IMG/VR virus record: IMGVR_UViG_3300020450_000032
Location: 1 to 52,754 of that record
Direction: 5' to 3' (one strand)
DNA: 52,754 nucleotides
Source of the DNA: a virus
Lineage: Duplodnaviria > Caudoviricetes
Part shown: piece by piece, positions 30,227-38,327 of the stretch
Layout of the letters: each line of letters opens with the position of its first letter
Position numbering within the stretch: the first letter of the stretch is position 1
Notes under the pieces: model-generated
Seen by the model: only the letters and a program-made list of their open reading frames with translations
Database searches by the model: none
Told to the model about the DNA's origin: nothing
Program-made: the position numbers and the translations under genes

Positions 30227-30628
30227 TTATCTTGATGGTCTTTTCTCTATGTCTATGGTATTATTATTGTATAACTTATCAGTATATTTCATCCATCCAA
30301 TCTCACCAACTTCAGTATGTCCCCTATCGTTATAATTAGCACCACGTATCTCTCCTTTATCATTGTGGTTCTCACCTCTAATTATCCCTCTACCATATGA
30401 AGGTTTTGGTTTGAATATAAAATCTTGACACAATTTCTCAAATGTCTCCACTTTCACTATTTTTACAAAGTTTGAATTATATCTCCTCTGGTCAGAAACT
30501 AACCTTCTCCATATTTTATACACTAATTTATAAGAATGGTAGGGACTGACATTTTCTTCAACAAAGTACCTTTTTGCAGGATTCCACAGCTTTAGGTGAT
30601 TTCCTTCAAGTTTTAGAATATAGTACAT
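30227..30628 (-). CDS. Hypothetical basic protein
   Basis: 133-aa ORF; late-like CTAAATA about 30 nt upstream. Confidence 0.6.
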   Translation of the reverse strand: MYYILKLEGNHLKLWNPAKRYFVEENVSPYHSYKLVYKIWRRLVSDQRRYNSNFVKIVKVETFEKLCQDFIFKPKPSYGRGIIRGENHNDKGEIRGANYNDRGHTEVGEIGWMKYTDKLYNNNTIDIEKRPSR

Positions 30629-30675
30629 TTTTACTAAAACCCTCCACTTTCGTTATTATTTAGAGAAACCCGCAC

Positions 30676-30745
30676 TTTCTCACAGAACTGTCGTTTTCCA
30701 CAGGTTCTATCAGTTTTCCACAATTTCACAGTTTCCTGTGGAAAA
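30676..30745. promoter_or_regulatory. Cluster of DnaA-box-like 9-mers (TTTTCCACA)
   Basis: Perfect copies at 30694-30702, 30714-30722 and, inverted, 30737-30745; degenerate copies at 30676-30684 and 30722-30730; non-coding gap. Confidence 0.65.
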
Positions 30746-30911
30746 CACCATTGTCAAGTACATTTGATACATTTGGCAGTATCTGAGAAACCTTGACAGA
30801 TGGGTGCTTACGTGCTAAGACAACAATAAAATCATAGATTTAACAAAGTTTCTAAAACCCATACTAATATTTAATTTAACCTTTTTAAATAATAGTACAT
30901 TTGTACGGAAA

Positions 30912-31103
30912 TCAAGATAGATCCCTCTCTTCTACCCATACATCCCTATGAGGTTGTCTTCCTCCTGACTGCATCTCTAACCAATCAAACATGTGTTGTA
31001 GTTCTTCTACTCTACGTTCCGCTTCCCATCTCTCAGTATATAATTCATCAAGATTGGGAGTTCTCTCTCCTCGTCTGAATAATACAGCATACTTTGTTGT
31101 CAC
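30912..31103 (-). CDS. Hypothetical protein
   Basis: 63-aa ORF with GTG start in a tightly packed run. Confidence 0.6.
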   Translation of the reverse strand: MTTKYAVLFRRGERTPNLDELYTERWEAERRVEELQHMFDWLEMQSGGRQPHRDVWVEERDLS

Positions 31104-31110
31104 TGGGTTC

Positions 31111-31335
31111 TTACCTCCAAAATGTTCTCTTTAGTATAGCATTCCCATTCTTTATTTGGTATTCATATGTGACACCCTTGCTACTGGTCGCTATTATTGC
31201 TTGACCTTGTACAATAGCAGTTTCAATATTTGAACCAAACGTCTGTATTATACCAGTCCTAGCAGACGAGCGAAGTTGTGCACGTCCATTTTGGACAGTA
31301 ACATAGTATGATGGTGTTTCGTTAGGATGGGACAT
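31111..31335 (-). CDS. Hypothetical beta-rich protein
   Basis: Likely start MSHPNETPSYYV, overlapping the upstream stop. Confidence 0.65.
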   Translation of the reverse strand: MSHPNETPSYYVTVQNGRAQLRSSARTGIIQTFGSNIETAIVQGQAIIATSSKGVTYEYQIKNGNAILKRTFWR

Positions 31336-31585
31336 AATAGCAGAATCCTTCTTGTACAAAATAATTACAATACTTCTCCATCTCAGGATATCTCGTTTTA
31401 TGGTAGTCAGCATCTAATAACGTCTGACATACTATCTCATGATATTTAGGGTCGATTAAACCATCTAATAACTGTTGGACACATTCATCCAATTGAGTCA
31501 AATATTGAGATGACTCTGATACATGAGAGATCTTGTTCGTAGATACAAACTCCATATCTGGATCCATCGAGTTGTATTGTGACAT
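31322..31585 (-). CDS. Hypothetical protein (start uncertain)
   Basis: ORF ending YFVQEGFCYYVPS; true start may be later, to avoid overlap with the next ORF. Confidence 0.55.
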   Translation of the reverse strand: MSQYNSMDPDMEFVSTNKISHVSESSQYLTQLDECVQQLLDGLIDPKYHEIVCQTLLDADYHKTRYPEMEKYCNYFVQEGFCYYVPS

Positions 31586-31760
31586 GTGAGGGGAAGGTTT
31601 TGTTGTGTGTTTTGACTTTAATAGCATCTGTAAAAAAAACTACTGTGCCGAGTGTACGACCCTCGTATAACACTCGTGTACCAACTTTAAGATCCTTCAA
31701 TCTTTTGGGGATTACCCATTTGGGTGAGGGTGGATTCGAGGAGTTGATAGAGGACTCCAT
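31485..31760 (-). CDS. Hypothetical SH3/KOW-like protein (start uncertain)
   Basis: LKVGTRVLYEGRTLGTVVF beta-barrel-like pattern; overlaps neighbours. Confidence 0.5.
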   Translation of the reverse strand: MESSINSSNPPSPKWVIPKRLKDLKVGTRVLYEGRTLGTVVFFTDAIKVKTHNKTFPSHVTIQLDGSRYGVCIYEQDLSCIRVISIFDSIG

Positions 31761-31851
31761 CTACTGAATGTTCGACATGTTTATACTCTAGTAGTTCTTT
31801 GTTGATTAGGGTTGATACTAGTTTTGCTTGTTCACGTGATAAATTATACAT
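31687..31851 (-). CDS. Hypothetical protein
   Basis: Likely start MYNLSREQ, 4 nt after the upstream stop. Confidence 0.55.
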   Translation of the reverse strand: MYNLSREQAKLVSTLINKELLEYKHVEHSVDGVLYQLLESTLTQMGNPQKIEGS

Positions 31852-31855
31852 TTCT

Positions 31856-32032
31856 TTAATACTGTTCGGCATCTGAACTATCTGGGTGATCGTCATAGAG
31901 CATGTCTTCGTAATCTAAACTATCCTCAAAATGATCGCCAGGAAATGGTGTTACTACCTTACTCCAGTACTCAGCATCTGCTTTGAGTTCCTTCCTAAGG
32001 TCGTCATATGATATATTGGTATAAGAGTCCAT
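31856..32032 (-). CDS. Small acidic protein (58 aa)
   Basis: Read by hand: MDSYTNISYDDLRKELKADAEYW...DYEDMLYDDHPDSSDAEQY. Confidence 0.6.
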   Translation of the reverse strand: MDSYTNISYDDLRKELKADAEYWSKVVTPFPGDHFEDSLDYEDMLYDDHPDSSDAEQY

Positions 32033-32051
32033 TGTAGGATGTGATAGTTGA

Positions 32052-32246
32052 TTATACGTCCATAAACCCTAATCCTGTTTGATTAGGTTCTGAACGCTCG
32101 TTTCTTAGTTGTGTTAACCTTGATTTAAGTTTCCTTAATTCGTCGGTATCATACAATTGAGGTTTCTTTAATGCCTCTTTAAGATACGTCATCTCTTGAC
32201 GAGGGTTATACAAATGAATTTTGTCAGGTCTGAGTTTCATGTTCAT
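32052..32246 (-). CDS. Cyanophage hypothetical protein (C-terminal GF motif)
   Basis: LK-ALK-P-LY...EL-KLK...GF. Confidence 0.7.
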   Translation of the reverse strand: MNMKLRPDKIHLYNPRQEMTYLKEALKKPQLYDTDELRKLKSRLTQLRNERSEPNQTGLGFMDV

Positions 32247-32407
32247 ATGTCACATTCGTAATTGTAGGAACGTCTAGTTCTGTAATATGCTTCCTCTATT
32301 TTATTATAGAGTTCACTTACATCAGTATCTAATGTGCACTCTGTCTCTCTTGTAAGGGAGTTGAGTCCTGTTAGAAGTGCTAGAAGTTCGTGTTCATTCA
32401 ATCTCAT
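32243..32407 (-). CDS. Hypothetical protein
   Basis: Likely start MRLNEHEL; ATGA overlap downstream. Confidence 0.6.
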   Translation of the reverse strand: MRLNEHELLALLTGLNSLTRETECTLDTDVSELYNKIEEAYYRTRRSYNYECDI

Positions 32408-32564
32408 TGACTTGACCCACATCATGGAACTCTTCAAGATAGTAATCGACAGTAACCTCAAGTTCTGATGCTAATGCCTCTATCCTATCAGCAAAAGCAT
32501 ATGCAAATGCTGTTAATTCATCCTCATCTGGATTGCAGAAAAGGTCTAATGATGATTCACTCAT
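32394..32564 (-). CDS. Small cyanophage protein (EVTVDYY-EEF motif)
   Basis: Read by hand: MSESSLDLFC...IEALASELEVTVDYYLEEF...; GGAG RBS. Confidence 0.7.
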   Translation of the reverse strand: MSESSLDLFCNPDEDELTAFAYAFADRIEALASELEVTVDYYLEEFHDVGQVNEIE

Positions 32565-32634
32565 GGTGTCTCCAGTTGATGTGTTTATTCTACCATACTA
32601 TAAGATGGTTGGCAACCATGCTATATTTAGTTGT

Positions 32635-33090
32635 TTACTTACTTAAATACTTGATTGCTCTTGACAATTCTGTGACATTATCACCTAATAGACCTAATCC
32701 TGTGTTGCATTTCTTACATAACCAACCACGAAAATCTCCTGTTTCATGGCAATGATCCAACTGCCATACAAATGCTCCGTCTATGCCCTCTGGAATCGTC
32801 TCCTTGGACGCATAAACTGGTTTACAACACAATTCACATGGTGTGCCATATGGTGGTGCTTTCATGCCTTTAAACTTCTTCCGTATGGCACTACGTTCTG
32901 CTGCCTTCACTTTAGTGCAAGCATAGCAATTAGTATTCACTCTCTTACGTTTACCAGTCCATGGATGCTCTAAACCCTTGTTATAGAACTGATTTAAGTA
33001 ATACGGAAATTCAGTATTTGGTTTCGTAACAAAACAGATGGAGCATTTGCATACCCCATCTGGAATGTTATATAAATTTCTTGATCTCAT
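32635..33090 (-). CDS. Endonuclease VII-family (HNH-like) nuclease
   Basis: CELC...LDHCHETGDFRGWLCKKCNTGLG signature plus N-terminal CxxC pairs. Confidence 0.9.
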   Translation of the reverse strand: MRSRNLYNIPDGVCKCSICFVTKPNTEFPYYLNQFYNKGLEHPWTGKRKRVNTNCYACTKVKAAERSAIRKKFKGMKAPPYGTPCELCCKPVYASKETIPEGIDGAFVWQLDHCHETGDFRGWLCKKCNTGLGLLGDNVTELSRAIKYLSK

Positions 33091-33558
33091 TTACCTCATA
33101 TAAAGATAACCACCTGCCCAGTCACATTTGTTCTGAAGCAATGCTCTGTCTCTGATCAATCTAAGATCGTAACGAACATGCTTGGCAGGACCTCTCCATG
33201 AAGCAGGTTTGTATACTTGACCAGTTTTCTTGTCAACAAATGCATGTACACTTGTCTGATGTCTGGTGTTGTCTGAATTGACTGGTGACTGCATCATGAT
33301 CTTGAAGTACTTACGACCACTCTCAACAAAGAATCTGTTTGATGGAAGGAAACTATCAGACATAACATCTTCTAATTTCTTTTGGTAGTAACCTTGCTCC
33401 CATGAATCATCTTCTGCTTCTGCTAGACCTCTCTTGACATATCTGATGTCATTCTGCTTCATGTCTTCTTGTAACCATGAACATAAATCGAGAGTCCATT
33501 GCTCAATGTTTTGTGCAAGAACGTCAAGTGCTTGTTGTTGTTCAATAGTTGTTGTCAT
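33091..33558 (-). CDS. Conserved marine phage early protein
   Basis: GRKYFKI...SVHAFVDKKTG-VYKPASW--PAKHVRY...DWAGGYLY. Confidence 0.85.
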   Translation of the reverse strand: MTTTIEQQQALDVLAQNIEQWTLDLCSWLQEDMKQNDIRYVKRGLAEAEDDSWEQGYYQKKLEDVMSDSFLPSNRFFVESGRKYFKIMMQSPVNSDNTRHQTSVHAFVDKKTGQVYKPASWRGPAKHVRYDLRLIRDRALLQNKCDWAGGYLYMR

Positions 33559-33632
33559 GATTAATACCTTTGTTGTATGTACTTATTATAGTAGTATAAT
33601 AGGTGCTAGTCAATGTAGTATGTGACAGTTAT

Positions 33633-33800
33633 TCAACTGTCCTTCTTCTCTAAATGTGTCTCTAAAGTTGCAAGTATCCGACCTGCTTGACGATTCAAAA
33701 AATCTAATCCTTTACCATTATTCTGTTTCATAAGAAATACATCAAATGCTTCTTCAATTAATTCAAATTGGTCTGTTGTAAGTGTTTTTGGTGTTGTCAT
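33633..33800 (-). CDS. Small hypothetical protein (55 aa)
   Basis: Read by hand: MTTPKTLTTDQFELIEEAF...; ATGA overlap with the upstream ORF. Confidence 0.6.
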   Translation of the reverse strand: MTTPKTLTTDQFELIEEAFDVFLMKQNNGKGLDFLNRQAGRILATLETHLEKKDS

Positions 33801-34060
33801 AATGAGTCCATGTCTTTGCCTATTCTAGTACGTGGTGATTTGGCACCTACTAGTTCTTCAATGTCTGATTGAATTTGTTTTTGTACTGACTGAGGTTTCT
33901 CTGGTGCATCTTGCTCTAGTTGATCTAATACTTCAAGACCACCACGTACACGTGCACGTAGTTCCTTCAATTGTGACAGTGCATCTTCATGATCCACAAT
34001 ATCACTATTGATCTTAACAAGTTGTCCAGTCAGATTTTCTCTATACTGTTTAAAATCCAT
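33797..34060 (-). CDS. Coiled-coil hypothetical protein
   Basis: Real start probably MDFKQYRENL; the track's 5' extension overlaps the + strand gene. Confidence 0.65.
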   Translation of the reverse strand: MDFKQYRENLTGQLVKINSDIVDHEDALSQLKELRARVRGGLEVLDQLEQDAPEKPQSVQKQIQSDIEELVGAKSPRTRIGKDMDSL

Positions 34061-34096
34061 ATAAATATGATATTTGATTATACAATAGCATAAATA
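34060..34096 (+). promoter_or_regulatory. T4-type late promoter(s) for the + strand gene
   Basis: TATAAATA at 34060-34067 and CATAAATA at 34089-34096, upstream of ATG 34122. Confidence 0.65.
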
Positions 34097-34121
34097 CAAG
34101 AAAAAGGCAACCCCTAGTGGC

Positions 34122-37100
34122 ATGGCATTAAAGGCATTTTCAAGAGAAGGTTTAAGGAGAGATAAGAATTTAGCAGATCTACCCTCACCAGCGACATCTT
34201 TAAATAATATATTGGCAACTCCAACGATGATAGGAACTAACGATTCCTTCACTATTGCCGATCTTGCACCTATACAGAACATATATATCACCAACATTAC
34301 AGCATCAACATTTGCCACATTGAATGGTGTTACACTAGAGTTTACAGTTATAAAACCTGGACCTCCTCCTGAGATTGATAATGCTAGTAATCCTTTGCCT
34401 TTTAAACCATTAGTTAAGATAAAGAATAGATTAGATACAGCATATTTCTCAACTGGTGAACCATTCTTCTTTGGTGGTGATGGTCCTGATGCATCATATT
34501 ATGATTCTAGTAGAATTATAAGAAATCCTGCAACACTACAGTTTGATATAACATATGGTGTTAATGAAGGTGTCGATGCAATACAAATAGTAAGATCAGG
34601 TAATAATCTATACAGAACGTCAGATGGTGCTATCAGGTCATCTGCAGATGGCAATTTGACACATGTGGCAAGTGGTGGTAACGTTGATGGTTTTGTATGG
34701 GTGGCAGAGTATAAGGAATATGAACCATATCTATTCCCTGAGTTAGATAAATTAACACTTGAAGATAAGAATATAAGAGATAACTTTTGGGAACAAGGTC
34801 AATTTGTATATGGTAGTAAGGTACAGGCATCATTCGTATCATTATTTGGTGGTGTTAACTGGCAAGGTATGTTTAAGGCAACAGAACCAGGTTATGCTAG
34901 GTTCTACTTAAGAACTACAGGTTCTACTGTATTCAAGTTTCAACATCCTTTATATCCATCATATTCACAATTTAAGTATGGTAAGATAGACCTTACATAT
35001 GAACAGAATAATGGTACATTCTCTGCTGGTGGACAATATCTATCTAATTTACAGACAATATTATCAGATACTAGTAGAAAATGGATTAAGGTAGTATGTG
35101 AAGATAACGTGCAATTACAAACTGGAGATATTATATTCTTAGAGATTAATGAAGGTCCTTTAAAAGCAAGACAATATGAGATATATGGTTTGAGTGAGAG
35201 AGATATAGATGCTACACCACAAGATCCTACATTAGTATCAGGTCAAACTATATTCTTTGTTGAAGCAACATCTGATTTCAATTTAAACAATGTTGATTAT
35301 GGTGCTATACCTACAGTAAATGATCCTACTAATACTACTAATGGTTATCGTGGTATTGCTAGATACTTCCCATGGGAACGTAGACCATATAAAACATACT
35401 TCAACTCTACTAAGCATAAGTTTGCAATAGACAAATCAGATTTCACCATTAGTGGTGATAGTATTACATTCTCTGATGAGAACATATATCGTTCAATATT
35501 TGTTAATGATTATATCTATGACTATAGAAGGAGAAGCACTGATATAATAAATGATCCAGATCCTCTAGCAACACCAGGATCTACAATACCAGTGTATCCT
35601 GTTAGAAGATATAAGGTAATTAGTTGTAATGATGCTAATAAGTCACTTCAAGTAGAATTAGATGATAATTACTCTTCAGTAAATCCATCTAGTAGTACTA
35701 ACGATCAGTATGGATATGTTGACTCACTCAGTGGTCAATTAAAATTTACTCCATCAAATATTCCTGCAACAGAAGAAGCAGAAAGAATAGAAAATGTGTT
35801 TAATAGTGGTAATATAAATGATACTATTGATACAGGCACTGGCACATTTGCAGATCCATTATTCCCTAATACACCAACAGAGACATTATATTATGTGGCA
35901 AGATATGGTGAAGCAGTACCAAGATTTAGATACTTTACTATTGAACAGTTCTTAGAGAGAGCAATTGACTATGCTATTGATTGGACATACTTTACTAAAG
36001 ATGAAGACGTGTCACCAACAGCAACAGAAAAAGCATGGGTGTTGTGGTATAGATCTGAAACTGCAGGTGAATATGGTCCTCTTAACTACAAACATTTGTA
36101 TGCTAAAGATTATAAGTTCTATGAGATAGGTGATTTCAAACGATTCTTAGATAACTCTGTATTAGCATATGGTACAAGTAGAGAAGAAGGAATAGATCAA
36201 AGAGCATTTGGTAAACCTAAGTTAATTAACAAAGGTGATCAATATAATTTAATGTACTCACTATTACCTATTAAATCTGAATACAGTCCTCCTGTAAATT
36301 GGAATAATGTTGTTAATAGTATTACTGCTAGTATAGTAGAAGGTTCAAGAGCAATAAATGTAGATAATTCTACAGCATTAGTATCAGAGGGAAACTATGT
36401 AGTTGATAATTCAAGTGCTGATGCATGGATTAATGGTACTCCTGAGTTTCCATATAGAGGTAGAATAATTGAAAAACTATTTGGTACTGGTACTGTTATA
36501 ATAAGTCAAAGAGCAGAAGCAGATGTTACTAGTAGACCATTATATATTGTAGATCATCAAGGATTTATTACTACACTTAAAATAACAAGTGGTAGTGGTA
36601 ATAACTGGAACTTTACAGGTGATGCATCAGAGGTTAAGATAGGTCATGTTATAGTTACACCAGAGGATGCTACACGTAGTACATATGTACGTATAGTTAA
36701 GATAGATTATGATAGTGCTTCTAAAACTGGTACTATAATACTAGATACGTCAATGCCTCTTGGTGCTGATAAATTAGTAGTAGTATATTATGATAGAGGT
36801 ATAGACATAACAAGACCACTAGAAGCATTCTGTACTGATAGTGGATGTGGTCAGCATGCTTATAGTGGTGAGACAACAGATACACAATACATCGCTATTA
36901 GAGCAACATTTAATAGTGGTGCTGATAGTCAATTAGATAATTTCTTTAGTAATAACCAAGGTAATATACAAACTATCAATAACAATAATGCACAGGTTCA
37001 ATGGTTATTAGAGAGTAATATGGGTGATGTTGATGAAACTAATTACAATAATAATATATTTAATAACAGTGTAGTCAAAGTACAATGGGACACTGGTTTA

Positions 37101-38327
37101 GATGCACGTGGTAGTGCTGCTGAAGAGGGTGTAACATCTGTCTCTACTAGTACATACTTACCAATAGGTTGGGTTAAGGGTATGGTTAGATTGAAAGGTA
37201 AAATATGGGATGGCACAGATGCTGGTAATGAATATGAATACTATTATATTGTTAGATTAGGAAGTAATTGGCAATCTAATGTAGATAAATCACCAGTGCC
37301 AGAATCAGTGCCTGGTGCTGGTGATGCTAATGGTTTAGATCGTAATGTATCATTTAATCCTAGAGCATTTCCAGGATCAGTGTGGGATATACAATCATAT
37401 ACATTACAGATAGGTACTAGTAACAATAACTGGCCAAAAGATGGTAATATTAGTAGTTCTGCTGATTTAGATAATACTCAAAATGCAGGTCAAGAGAATA
37501 ATGGTTATCAAGGATTTCTAAGTGTTGGAGTCGATATTAATTTAACTGCTACACAACAAGGATACTTTGAGAATCTTGATAGTATAGCTCCTGACTCACC
37601 TAGTACAACATATGTGTTAAAGCAAGGTAGTTACCTTAGAAGAATGTCATCTGGTGGTACATTCTTTATCTTTAAAGATTTCAATGATTTCCAAGATGTA
37701 CATACAGTATGGGGTAATACTGATGGTAGTAATAATCCTACTGGTAGTGGTAACACTGGTATATCAAATGGTAGTGGTAGAGTACAACAGTTAATATACC
37801 TACAAGAACAACAAGGACCAGTAAAGGTAACTGGTAGTTCATTAAGTGACAACTTCAAGTACGTGCACTATAGAAGAAAACAATATGAAGTAGTACCAAT
37901 GAATTCAAATGTAGAGAATGCTACTACTGGTCATCTTAGATTGATTAATGTCAATGCTAATACATCAGCATTAGTAAATAATATACTACAAAATGGTACT
38001 AATAGATTATCAGTATTCACCTTTGCTAATACTACAGATAATAGAGAGTTATGCTGTCCACCATTGGATACATCTCCACCATTTGATAGTTCACCAATAG
38101 GATTATCTTCTACTTCATTAGAACCAGATATTAGTATTGGTGGTCTTGTTAATGTAAGAAGTATAAATGGTAATCATCCAGACGAAAAGATATATCCTCT
38201 TACTACAACATCAACACCATTTAATTCAACAAATATTAATAGTGCTCCTGTTAATAAAAAATTTACAATTATGTTTAATGGTATTAAATATGATCTATTG
38301 ATGTCTGATTTAAAACTAGTTAATTAA
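34122..38327 (+). CDS. Large virion/fibre-type protein with PA14-like segment
   Basis: 1401 aa; GL-RDKNLADL...SLNN N-terminus; W-G-F...G---F-L PA14-like strand pattern; late promoter. Confidence 0.75.
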   Translation: MALKAFSREGLRRDKNLADLPSPATSLNNILATPTMIGTNDSFTIADLAPIQNIYITNITASTFATLNGVTLEFTVIKPGPPPEIDNASNPLPFKPLVKIKNRLDTAYFSTGEPFFFGGDGPDASYYDSSRIIRNPATLQFDITYGVNEGVDAIQIVRSGNNLYRTSDGAIRSSADGNLTHVASGGNVDGFVWVAEYKEYEPYLFPELDKLTLEDKNIRDNFWEQGQFVYGSKVQASFVSLFGGVNWQGMFKATEPGYARFYLRTTGSTVFKFQHPLYPSYSQFKYGKIDLTYEQNNGTFSAGGQYLSNLQTILSDTSRKWIKVVCEDNVQLQTGDIIFLEINEGPLKARQYEIYGLSERDIDATPQDPTLVSGQTIFFVEATSDFNLNNVDYGAIPTVNDPTNTTNGYRGIARYFPWERRPYKTYFNSTKHKFAIDKSDFTISGDSITFSDENIYRSIFVNDYIYDYRRRSTDIINDPDPLATPGSTIPVYPVRRYKVISCNDANKSLQVELDDNYSSVNPSSSTNDQYGYVDSLSGQLKFTPSNIPATEEAERIENVFNSGNINDTIDTGTGTFADPLFPNTPTETLYYVARYGEAVPRFRYFTIEQFLERAIDYAIDWTYFTKDEDVSPTATEKAWVLWYRSETAGEYGPLNYKHLYAKDYKFYEIGDFKRFLDNSVLAYGTSREEGIDQRAFGKPKLINKGDQYNLMYSLLPIKSEYSPPVNWNNVVNSITASIVEGSRAINVDNSTALVSEGNYVVDNSSADAWINGTPEFPYRGRIIEKLFGTGTVIISQRAEADVTSRPLYIVDHQGFITTLKITSGSGNNWNFTGDASEVKIGHVIVTPEDATRSTYVRIVKIDYDSASKTGTIILDTSMPLGADKLVVVYYDRGIDITRPLEAFCTDSGCGQHAYSGETTDTQYIAIRATFNSGADSQLDNFFSNNQGNIQTINNNNAQVQWLLESNMGDVDETNYNNNIFNNSVVKVQWDTGLDARGSAAEEGVTSVSTSTYLPIGWVKGMVRLKGKIWDGTDAGNEYEYYYIVRLGSNWQSNVDKSPVPESVPGAGDANGLDRNVSFNPRAFPGSVWDIQSYTLQIGTSNNNWPKDGNISSSADLDNTQNAGQENNGYQGFLSVGVDINLTATQQGYFENLDSIAPDSPSTTYVLKQGSYLRRMSSGGTFFIFKDFNDFQDVHTVWGNTDGSNNPTGSGNTGISNGSGRVQQLIYLQEQQGPVKVTGSSLSDNFKYVHYRRKQYEVVPMNSNVENATTGHLRLINVNANTSALVNNILQNGTNRLSVFTFANTTDNRELCCPPLDTSPPFDSSPIGLSSTSLEPDISIGGLVNVRSINGNHPDEKIYPLTTTSTPFNSTNINSAPVNKKFTIMFNGIKYDLLMSDLKLVN

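Larger units (their letters stand above)
25613..33643 (-). repeat. Dispersed early promoter/stem-loop cassettes (at least 13 units)
   Basis: TATAAT-like -10 boxes with upstream hairpins. 22-bp palindromes start at 25950, 26211, 26416, 28129, 28821, 29403, 29891 and 33622; GTACATWTGATACAT at 27612, 28466, 30202 and 30758; TGTTAA repeats at 25683 and 26798. Confidence 0.85.

Noticed and set aside
27612-30772. Canonical NtcA or HLR1 sites
   Set aside because: Spacer is N7 rather than N8, and the TACA period is 9 rather than 10; kept only as a variant hypothesis
25613-33643. Repeats as a CRISPR array or true integron attC sites
   Set aside because: Units are degenerate, hundreds of bp apart and separated by genes; no RYYYAAC/GTTRRRY attC architecture and no cas or integrase gene in the window
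34061-34318. 5' extension of ORF 33797-34318
   Set aside because: Overlaps the + strand gene and its promoter; ATG at 34060 is the more plausible start
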